Shown one piece after another: positions 1-11,892 of a stretch of DNA of 55,611 nucleotides. The stretch is taken from positions 104,983 to 160,593 of the forward strand of contig PS015453.1 in NCBI GenBank assembly GCA_048213135.1, in the 5' to 3' direction. A program made the translations under genes and the position numbers. Source of the stretch: Reclinomonas americana ATCC 50394 (lineage: Eukaryota). Positions within the stretch are counted from its first letter, which is position 1. Each line of letters begins with the position of its first letter. The notes under the pieces were generated by a model, which was not told the DNA's origin, did not search any database, and saw nothing but the letters and a program-made list of their open reading frames with translations.

Positions 1-280
1 ACCGACGACGAAGGTCTCCGTGTTGCGGTCGGCGACAGATGAGTGTGCGCCGTGGCCGAGGCCGGTGAGCGTGGGGTCTGTGTGTCACTGAGCTCCGGCA
101 ACAGCTCCGCCGCTATTCTCTCTTCGCCCACACGGTCGGCCAGCACCGCCAACAGCAGCACATCGTCCTCCTCGGTTCCACGCTGCGCCCAGTCCTGCAG
201 CCACCGCCACTCCTCGACCGTCAGTGGTTGGTTTGACACGCGGCCCAAGTCGCTCAGTGTGTACACGGTGGATGTCTGCG

Positions 281-311
<31 letters not shown>

Positions 312-878
312 TGGCGCTGGTCGTCGACCCAGCCAGGCGGTCAACTTGGTTCGCCACGAGGCCACCAGGCAAGTTTGCAGCGGATCGGGGACGCGGCGCA
401 GTCGCATCGCCAGCAGCGATCGCACCGCCAGGTTCAGCCACGCATGCTCACCACGCCCGTTGGTGGGGCACGCCGCAATGACCTCCTGCAGCGAACTGCC
501 GACTCCGAGGGTGGCAGGCAGCGATCGCCGACTGTTCGCTGCATCGCCGGCATCGGCAAAGCACACGACCGCNNNNNNNNNNNNNNNNNNNNNNNNNNNN
601 NNNNNNNNNNNNNNNNNNNNNNNNNNNNNNNNNNNNNNNNNNNNNNNNNNNNNNNNNNNNNNNNNNNNNNNNNNNNNNNNNNNNNNNNNNNNNNNNNNNN
701 NNNNNNNNNNTTCGCCCAACGGATCCGCCACATCCGTGACCTCACGATCGTCTTCGCTGCGCTCCAGCGGCAGCAAGAGCCACCGGAGCTCGGCCGGTTC
801 GAGACGGGGATCGGGCGGACAGACGCAGACAGCCAACGCTGCCGACCGACGATGGGTGCCATGAAGAGAGCACTCACT
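1..878 (-). CDS. Hypothetical protein, partial (runs off the left end of the window; 5' exon(s) uncertain; interrupted by an N gap)
   Basis: Long stop-free minus frame (...ELRWLLLPLERSEDDREVTDVADPLGE [gap] ...VEEWRWLQDWAQRGTEEDDVLLLAVLADRVGEE...) with coding-like codon use. No recognisable domain. Confidence 0.45.
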
Positions 879-1235
879 CTAATTTTTGACACACCGTAAT
901 AGAGTAACATACACCCACATACACCAAGGTGCCTGCTGTAGGAAAGACACAATGCACAAAATGAACGCCATTTTTGAGAAACAATTGCATGTGGTTCGAA
1001 GTCCCAGCAAGATGCTCGATCCGTTGTGATTGATTTGTTTCGATATCACACTGGCCTGTGCGTCGGTGCTGCAGCGCGCACACTTCTTTGTGTGCTCTCT
1101 CGTGCGCGCTGCTACCGAATGCCCCTCTTCTGGCAACACGCCAACTGCATTCAGTACGGCGTTTCACACAAACCCCTCCGAAACGGCAAGTATCAAATAA
1201 AACAAAACGTTCGACCCGTTTTGCTCGATCGCGAA

Positions 1236-4200
1236 ATGTTGAGCAGTGGCGACGACGGTGACGGTGGCGATGTACGGCACTCGTCGTCACGCAGCGCCAC
1301 CATATCACCCACGGAGAGAAGAGGGAGCAGTGTGATGGGTTTGCCACGGCGATCACGCAGCGCGTCCACTCGTCGCACGGCACCGGAGAGTGGACGACTC
1401 ACGCTCAACACCTCCTCCTCCACCGCGATCACCTCCTCCGCCACAGCGCGTGTGCTCAACAACACCAGTCGAGTGCACTACGCCACTCCACGCTCTGCTC
1501 GCGATGTGCGTGTGCGGTTGACAGAGAGTGTGTGTGTGTGTGTGCGTGTGTGACTCATCCGATCACGCACGCAGCTCAAGGTGTTTCCTGATCGCCCTCA
1601 GTCGGCCTGCTCAGCACGCGGTCTGAGTGCACTGGCCTCGTCGGTAACTAACCTCGATCGTGCACGACTCATGCGTGTGCGTGTGCGCCAGTCAGTGACT
1701 GACAAATTCTCTTCCGCCCGCCGCAGCGCAACAGCTACTATGGTGACATGCTGGGCGCACTCAACGCCAAGGCGACGCCACAGAGCTCCATGATGGCCCC
1801 GACGACGATTATCACCGCCAGCAGTCGCAGCAATAGTGTCGCCGTCCCCATGTTTGCTCCGCGTCGACAGAGCTCGATACGAGGCATGTCGCCGTCGCCG
1901 CAGGCCGACGCCGAGAATCGCAATCCGTTCGAGCAGCCTCCCCGCGGAATGATGTTGACGGTGGTGCCACCGGATATGCTGCTGGATCGGTCGCCCTCGT
2001 CACGCGACGCGTGGACTCGTCGGCCAACCTCGGCGTCTGTGTTGGTCGGCCGGGCGTCGTCGATGGTGATTGGCGACACGAGTTTTCTGGCAGGCACCGT
2101 GATGCCGCAGCCGGTGCCGGCGCCTGTATTCGACGCCATGTATGCGGAGCTCAAGACAAAAGCAGGTGTGTTTTCGGGGGGTGGATGAGTGGAGCTCGTG
2201 AGGAGTGAGCGAGAGACTGAACGCAGCACGTGGCGCAGAGGAGAGCAAGGTCGCGGAGAAGAAGCATCGCGAGGACGCGGCTGGGGCGAACAAGGATTCG
2301 GCAGGTGATGATGGTGAGTTGCCACTTGTCGCCACTTGTTCCGTCGACGGCGAAGCCTCACACTACATGCACAGGCTCCAAGTGGCGCCATCGGCCAGTC
2401 TCGGCGACTGTTCTCGGTGTGCTTCTTTTTTCACTGCTGCTGCGATGATAACTGCATGAGTGTCTCACGAAACAACGCAGAGTCCCGACTGGCTGCCATG
2501 CGAAAGCGACAACCGTCCACAGCAGAACGTGTGGCCATGACCAAGGCGCACTTTATGGATCACCCGAATGCGCTCTCGGAGTTGTTCAAGCGTGCAGGTA
2601 GCCTCGTTCTCATACGCGGTTGATCAGCGAGCTCCTTGTCTCATGCACGCGCACAAACAGAGGAAATGGAAAAGGAAATCAAGAGGGAGAAGCTGGAGCA
2701 CTTGAAAAAAGTGTGGGCGGCTTCCAACGTCGGCCGGATCGACTTTAGGAGACCAGTGAGCAATCCAGTGGAGGAACGTGTTCGCAAGGTTTGTTTTTCG
2801 TCGTTGGAGTAGAGGTATGCACGAGTGGCATCTGTCGCTCACGCCACTCGCACGACCGACAGATACAAGAGCAACGGGAGCATGCAGAGCAAATGCGGGA
2901 ACGCATCGAGGAATTCAACGAGTTCCAGGAGAAGATTCGTCTGCGCAAGTTGCAGGCCTACGAACACAAAATCAAGACGGTCTGTGAGTGTCGAAAAGAG
3001 AGAAGGAGTGTGCACGCACTGACTTCACAATCCAGGGGAAGCGACTGGAACGCATCGACACGGATCGAGACAGAATTTGTCTGCTGTTCAAGTGTGTAGT
3101 CGCCGGTTTTGCAGTGGATTACTTTGGGAGGTCGCTGTTGGTGAGTGGTGATGGTGTGGCGGTACACGTGCGCGAGGCTCTAGGGCACTGACGTGAGCTT
3201 GTGCACACGACCAGAAATTCCGCACGCTGCGAAGAGAGATTGGCGCCGTGCGAGTGTTGGAGACGCTACTGTGGCCCATGATTCATCGGCGCCGCGTGGC
3301 TCGTTTCTGCAAGGCCGCACGTGTCATTCGAAGGTTACTGCAATTGCTGCTGGAGGCTCTAAGTCCCTGAAGCCAGACCCCCACTCACATGTCACGTGCT
3401 GCAGAGTTTACTGGCGCTACAAGCTCGTTGTGAGAATTTGTCGCAAACGCAAAGCGTGCTCCGTACTGCGTGCGTTCTTCACCAGTCTGCATCGTGTACA
3501 ATCCGTGTCGCTCTTCATTCGAGCATACCATCGCAAGGGTACGCACCATGGTCGTTGTAACATACTGCGTGTGTTGTCGCGATTCTCATACGTACGTGTG
3601 CCTCCCAACGCAGTGACCCTCGCCCACGCTGTACTGTGTCGCTTCTATCGACACGTGCACGCCACTGTGCGGACGCTCACGCTGCAGGTGCGTCACCTTT
3701 TTTTCTTTACTTGCTACATGTGCCGCGCCTTACACTGTCGCGCGCACACAGTTCATGGATGTTGAGCAAGAGCTGCGTGAGTTCTACGAGGCGACAACCG
3801 GTGTTGCTCTTGCACCGACCGGCAACACGCAAAAGTCTGCGTTGAGGACCAAGGGTGCACGGGCAGGACGGCCACTGCGACGAAAACTCTCGGCCGGCAA
3901 TCGGGTACATGTCCACCGCTGAAGCCGCCAAGAGTTGCACGAAACTCATTTTATCGCGCAGGACATTCTGGTCGACACGGTGCGCAGCGTCACCTTTAGG
4001 GACGGGCCATCGTCGCCACCGGCCGAGAAGGATGTCATGAAGGAGGCCGTCGATGCACAGAGGTAATGACGAGCACTGACGCATCTCTGATCGTACTGTT
4101 GCTGATGTGTAGCCATGCTGTCTGGCAGAATATCGACCATGAAACGGGAAGCCATGGAATTGTGGACAGCACTCGGTCGCTACACCGCCGTGACAGAAAA

Positions 4201-5128
4201 GATCCGCTTCGATGCCGTTGTGCGCAACCTGCATCGACGGCGCCGCGAACACTGCGACAAACTCCGCCAGTACGTGGAGTTGTGTGCGATTGCACGCACC
4301 GGCTTGGCGCACACGACGAGAACGACCCACACGCGCCACGAGATCTCCGCTCGATTGGCTCGCCATCGCGAGAGCGTCGCCGTCGGCGGTGGCAGCGGGC
4401 ACTCGCGACGCCCGTCGACATTCCTCACCATCACCTCCAGCGGCAACACAACGCCTGTGCCATCGCCACGCAACGCAGGCGGAGGAGGAGGACACATGAG
4501 ACGGCCCTCCAGTTTTCTGACAGTCTCCAACAGCGGCACCAACACGCCCACCGTGTCACCACGCATTGAGGTGCCAAGCGGCGGTCATATACGGCGTCCC
4601 TCGGCCTTCCTCACCATCAACGCCGGCAGCTCCGGCAACACACCATCGACGTCGCCTCGACTCGACTTGCCCCGTCCGAGCATTGCCGTCAGCGGTCACA
4701 GTCGACGGCAATCGTCCGTTGGCTCCGGAAGCGGCGGAACACCCATCACATCGCCCAGGCAGCTTGGCTTTGCCGATGCACTGTCACTACTCGCCGCGGC
4801 CGCGCCCGCCAATCGTCCGCAGTTCAAGGTTCGTGCTTGTTGTCGACCACGGTTGGCGATCACCCAGCTACTCACCCGTGTACACGCGCAGCTGCTGTTG
4901 AGTCGTACAGACATGTACGATCTCGTGGTTCGCGCCCTGCGCGAAACAGTGAGGGAGTTGGTGGCCGAATCGGGCGGCGCCGAACCCTCCGTCGTAGCCG
5001 CCACACGCGGTCTACACGTGCCCACCATGGTGCGCAGCTCTTCTGCTCTGCTGCTGGCGGCGGCCGAGTCACGGCGAGCAAACTCGACGTCGCCCTACCA
5101 CAGCATCGTGCTAGAAGATAGAATGTAA
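1236..5128 (+). CDS. Multi-exon hypothetical protein with coiled-coil and IQ-like motifs and Ser/Arg-rich termini
   Basis: About 13 GT-AG introns join in frame from ATG 1236 to TAA 5128. Coiled coil (QIQEQREHAEQMRERIEEFNEFQEKIRLRKLQAYE), IQ-like basic helices (AARVIRRVYWRYKL, KACSVLRAFF) and C-terminal GHxRRPSxFLT repeats. Confidence 0.6.
4390..4760 (+). repeat. Coding tandem peptide repeat GH(S/M/I)RRPS(T/S/A)FLT(I/V)..G..TP..SPR, 3 full copies plus 1 degenerate
   Basis: Directly visible in the translation of ORF 4115..5128. Confidence 0.8.
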
Positions 5129-5285
5129 CTATAACAACTGCTCTCTTCAGGGGTCAGAGATCGTCGCCGCACTTCACACTATGCATGATTGTTGCGTACA
5201 AGCGCAGGCAGCACACAAGAACAACTCCGAAAGAAAACAACAACAACAACAACAACACTCGTACAGGGCGAGTCAAGCACGCCGG

Positions 5286-7280
5286 TTACTGGAGAATCGG
5301 GACGGCCCAGTTGCAGTCATCTGATGGCGCACACGCAGTTTTGAGTACAGATGACTTCATGTGGTGAGTGCGAGAGAGCAGAGACACACCCTCAATGCCC
5401 AGGTTGTCCTTGTGCATCTGCAATGACGCGGAATGCAATGAGCACAAGAGATTGAAAGGGGGTACGATGGAGAGAGACACACACGTACCATGATGCGGAA
5501 CCAGCCAGTCTCGCTGTAAATTGACAAAAAACAGTGCACAGTAAGCAAACATAGAGAGAGACAGACATGAGCAATGAAAGCGGCGGCAGCGTACCCCCAG
5601 TAGGTGCCCCACGAGTTGCGGCCAATCCAGTACTCGACGCCGTTCTCCACACCCCAGCCAGCGACCGAGATGACGTGGTTGGCCTGTTGGACGTACGGTC
5701 AGCGACGACAACACAGGGGAATTGTGTGTGTGCCGACAGCAGAGTGACATCACCGTCGGGAAGACGACAAACTCGGAGTAGACACCACCCGAGTAGGACT
5801 CGAACTTGTTGGTCACGTGAATGCCTGCGCGGAGGATCTAATGCATTGAGGAATGTGAAGCAAAAAATAAGCGATCACTGGCCACACGAACCGCAGGCAA
5901 TCGGACCGCGGGCAAAGATCTCAGCCTTCATCTTGGCCTGCGATATGCCCACAAAAGAATGAACGGGATATCAGCGTGTTGCTGGAGACAAAGAGTTAGG
6001 CTGTGCACGCACCGCGCCAGACACATCGCCGTACTCGGACACCTTCCACATCTTGAAGCTGGTCTCCGCCCAGCACTTGTCCTACAGGTGGGTGGCATCA
6101 GCATATGATATATATACATGTGCGTTCACATGGGGTGCCAGACTCAACTGAGTTGCAGTTCTTGCACGTGTTGATGGCATTGCAGTCGAGGTCGTTCGCC
6201 TCATACGGAGCGCAGCTGCAGGCAGGGAATGTCATACACAAACACACATCGTCTCCCGTACACGCTGATCGCCAAACGCAACGTCTCATCGACGAGGCCA
6301 TTGTCGTGCGCAAACTCGTACACGCAGCCCGGGAAGCCGCCACCGCAGCCACCGCACGGTCCACTGCGCCGAAAACAAGTGTAAGCAGCAGCAGCGGCCA
6401 ACAACAACAACTCAATCATGGCTGTGCGCACCAGTTGAGCAGGTACTGCGGCGCCAGGTTGACCGCCGGCCAGTTGCCCTTGGTCAGGATCTTGATGCGA
6501 TCCGACAGCGCCGAGGTGGTGCCCTGGTGGCGAGAACGAGTCAGCAGCCGAGACACGCATTTGCAAGCAGCGAAGGACGAAACATGCGCCCAGCAGCTGC
6601 CGCAGTACACCGGCTATCCAGAGAAGTGAGTGAGAAGTGGAGAAGAGAGACATGGGAGGGACAAACCAAGTGCTGGTTGCGAGAAAAGGTGACTGATGGC
6701 GCGCGGAATCATGTCAGTCACACACGCTGATGACAAGCACAAACGCGCGCGCTCACACACATACACACCAAGGTTGGTGTTTGGGCCAGTCACGTTGCGC
6801 CAGTCCCACGCCGTCGGCAGAGTCAGCTTTCCGGCCTCCACCTGCTGCCACGGTTCCTCCGAGAGCACCACGCGAGGCTTGTGCTCCGGGTGACGACGCG
6901 TCCACTCCTCCTGTATGTGTGTAGAGAGAAGGGGACAGAGAGGGTAAGCACACGTGAAAGAGAGGGGCGCAGAGCGTGGTGTGTGACGAACCCTGGAGAT
7001 GACCTCGCCATTGACCTTCATGCCGCTGTGCGCACACGCACACGCACGCACATTACCACTCGTCAGCGCCTTTTCCCGGCATGCTCACACACATACAGAC
7101 AGAGAGAGAGGAGCGAAGGAAGATAGACACACACACGCGCGCACACACACATGCAAGAACCCCCGACAATAATGGACGAAACTCGTGCATGGCGCCCTCA
7201 TCATTCCAGTTGGTGCGCAGTGCGCTGACGCACACCACCGACACGGCCAAGACAACAACAAGCAGAACCACCGCGCGCAT
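5286..7280 (-). CDS. CTSZ: Cathepsin Z/X (papain family C1A), 15 exons, with signal peptide
   Basis: Spliced product contains [37 protein letters not shown] (catalytic Cys and cathepsin-X mini-loop), [23 protein letters not shown] (His), [20 protein letters not shown] (Asn) and [13 protein letters not shown]. 14 GT-AG introns. Confidence 0.95.
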
Positions 7281-7422
7281 GCTTCACGTGTGTGTGATGT
7301 GACAATCCGCGTGAGTCACGTCTTGCGTTTGTCCCATTTCACACTCACGCACACTCTTCTCCATCACCCACCACCCCGCGCGTCTCTTTGTGCACTAGCA
7401 AGCAGCAAGAGACACCTCTCGA
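7281..7422. promoter_or_regulatory. Putative bidirectional promoter between cathepsin Z and V-ATPase D
   Basis: 142 nt between divergent ATGs. Contains CACGTG (7285-7290) and TGAGTCACGTC (7312-7322). Confidence 0.5.
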
Positions 7423-9072
<1,650 letters not shown>

Positions 9073-9388
9073 TTTGTGTTTTCTTTCTACTTCTTTTACC
9101 TGGCTTTCTGGTGGGGAGACTCTGTCTGGCAGAGTGTACTCGTGACAGCTTGGGTGTTTGCAGTGGTATTCGCAACCGGGAGGTTGGATGTCGTAACTGT
9201 TCTTGCATGTCTGTCTCTCTATCATTCTGTATGGGAGGTGATGTTGGTGAGGCGTGAGGTGCACGGAGACAGGCGTCGAGACACGCTGAGGTCCGTTTAT
9301 CTCACTCTCAATAAGTCCCGTCGAACTCGAGCGACTGTATCTGGAGGTGTTGATGAGGCGTGTGGTGCACGGAGACACGCAGAGGTCC

Positions 9389-9428
<40 letters not shown>

Positions 9429-9896
9429 AATTCACTGACCATACTCGAGGTTGAGAACTTCGAATTCTCGTCATGACTAACAGATAGCCAAGCAAGAACG
9501 AAGTCGCTCACCATCTTCATCCACTTGTCGACTGTCCGAGACACGCACAGAAGCTGCTTTTGCATTCTTTGGCACGGGTATGGTCGGAGGAGGCCTATGC
9601 GGCAGTGGCGTTAACGATGTTGTATACGTAATTACGACTGCGTTTCTCACTGTAGAATACTCGTGCGCATGCGCCGATCGCGAACAGCAACAACCAGTGG
9701 TCTTTGGCAGCACGTCTCCAGTTTCCCTCGCGTGCGTCTTCGGCTGGATGCTGAGTGAGCGGAAGTGCATACTCTCTCGGGCAGCGTATCTCCGAGCATT
9801 GCATGCAGCCACGCATATGTGCTCGTGCTGCTCGCGATATCCAACACAAGATATCTGCACATACACACACATTTTGTTTCTCATCGTGAGCAAAGC

Positions 9897-10936
9897 ATGC
9901 GTGCCTTTTCCGTCATTTTGATGTTCGCCGCACTCGTGGCCGCAGTGGCACTGCTGGCAGGCACCACTGACGCACGACGCATGACGCGTGAGGAGATGGT
10001 GGAGAGCATCAAGGACCTCGACGGTTGCGTGCATTTCCTTCTTCTCCTTCTTCTCTCTTTTCTCCTTGTCTCTCACGTGTCGCCACCACACCAGCCCTCG
10101 GTTTCTTCGAGGCAGAGGAGGAGGAGGAGGCAGCGGAGGACGACGAGGACGAGGAGGAGATGGTCGAGGCCACGGCCGTGTTCCCCGTGTACAAGTGCTC
10201 CAAAGGCGGCAAGTCGAGGACGTACACCAACTGGGAGCTGCGCGATGTCGATCTCACCACAGTGACACCGCCGGCTGTGCACGGCGTGGCACCAAAGCCC
10301 GTGGTGTTGCGTCACTCTCTCTCTCTCTCTCTCTCCTGCTGTACGGCCAAGGCGATGGTACGGTACAGCTAGGTTGTGTGTGTGTGTGTGTGTGTNNNNN
10401 NNNNNNNNNNNNNNNNNNNNNNNNNNNNNNNNNNNNNNNNNNNNNNNNNNNNNNNNNNNNNNNNNNNNNNNNNNNNNNNNNNNNNNNNNNNNNNNNNNNN
10501 NNNNNNNNNNNNNNNNNNNNNNNNNNNNNNNNNNNNNNNNNNNNNNNNNNNNNNNNNNNNNNNNNNNNNNNNNNNNNNNNNNNNNNNNNNNNNNNNNNNN
10601 NNNNNNNNNNNNNNNNNNNNNNNNNNNNNNNNNNNNNNNNNNNNNNNNNNNNNNNNNNNNNNNNNNNNNNNNNNNNNNNNNNNNNNNNNNNNNNNNNNNN
10701 NNNNNNNNNNNNNNNNNNNNNNNNNNNNNNNNNNNNNNNNNNNNNNNNNNNNNNNNNNNNNNNNNNNNNNNNNNNNNNNNNNNNNNNNNNNNNNNNNNNN
10801 NNNNNNNNNNNNNNNNNNNNNNNNNNNNNNNNNNNNNNNNNNNNNNNNNNNNNNNNNNNNNNNNNACGTCGTCGCGTACGTACGTACCGTACCGTACCGT
10901 ACCGTACCGTACCGTACCGTACCGTACGTCGTACGT

Positions 10937-10968
<32 letters not shown>

Positions 10969-10970
10969 TC

Positions 10971-11057
<87 letters not shown>

Positions 11058-11429
11058 TGGGAGAACGTGCATTTGTGCTTACATTTGTGTTGTGTGAGAG
11101 CAGCAACATCTCGTGGAAGCGCGGCAAGCTGCCGGGCAAGCAACAGTTCGAGATCAACGACACCAACAACATCTACTTTGAGGTGCCGGCGACGGTGCAG
11201 GTGGCCGGCAAGGCGCGCTACGTGATTGTTGTCAAGAAGCTCGGCAAGAAGGTGAGCCCACACATTGTGCAGGTGAAGAGATTACGGCGCACCTCACTTC
11301 TCCACCATGCAGACTTTCAAGTTCGCGTTCGAGACGACCGCGAAGCGCGACGAGTTCATCCAGGCCGCCGGTCTGAAGCTGGACGTGACCATGACCAGCA
11401 AGATTAACGCCAACTCTGGCCGACCCTGA
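9897..11429 (+). CDS. Putative secreted protein: signal peptide, acidic tract and PH-like domain (spans an N gap)
   Basis: MRAFSVILMFAALVAAVALLAGTTDA signal peptide, EAEEEEEAAEDDEDEEEM, VYKCSKGGKSRTYTNWELR, then after the gap RYVIVVKKLGKK|TFKFAFETTAKRDEFIQAAG. GT-AG introns 10024-10094 and 11252-11312. Confidence 0.6.
10866..11055. repeat. Compound low-complexity tract (GTACC)n-(CGT)n-(CT)n at a gap edge
   Basis: Directly visible. The TACG-cyclic part may be a read-end artefact. Confidence 0.8.
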
Positions 11430-11892
11430 AGAGTGGCACATGCGCATGCACTGAGGTGCAAGTTGTGCCACCAAGTGAAGAAAGGATTGTACGACACAAA
11501 ACATCGAATATCACAACAACATTCATTCAAACAAGGAACAGTGACCATATGTGGTACCAAGTCTGAAGTTAAAGGAGTGCAATGATTTTGTAGCTGCACA
11601 AACACCACTGCTGCATTATGCTTGTCACGAGTCGTGGTTTCTCTTGCGCATGCATGCGCTGACAGAGCCACCATCGACAGTTCCGGATCCACTTTTTCTC
11701 GATGTCAGTTTCTGGTGCTCACTCAACATGGTGATCCTCGTGTAGCTATGTTGCTGTTTGCATTACTTCTTGCAGCAACTTGGCTGTAAAAGGACAAGTC
11801 GCGGCAGTTTTTCCGACGTGCGACTCGCTTGTCTCTCTTTGTCACCCTCTCTCCTGTCTTTCTTAAGATACCAACCTGCACACTGTTGCAAG

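Noticed and set aside
9290-9770. Possible small spliced minus-strand gene between V-ATPase D and the secreted protein
   Set aside because: Plausible donors, acceptors and a (GA)n tract exist, but several frames fit equally well and none gives a recognisable product. It is not supportable as a feature.
10866-10970. (GTACC)n / TACG-cyclic repeat as a telomere-like or CRISPR-like array
   Set aside because: It is short, has no spacers, and sits at a gap edge after a long (CT)n run. Cyclic T-A-C-G order is typical of degraded pyrosequencing read ends, and a similar GACGACG tail occurs at 34681-34695.
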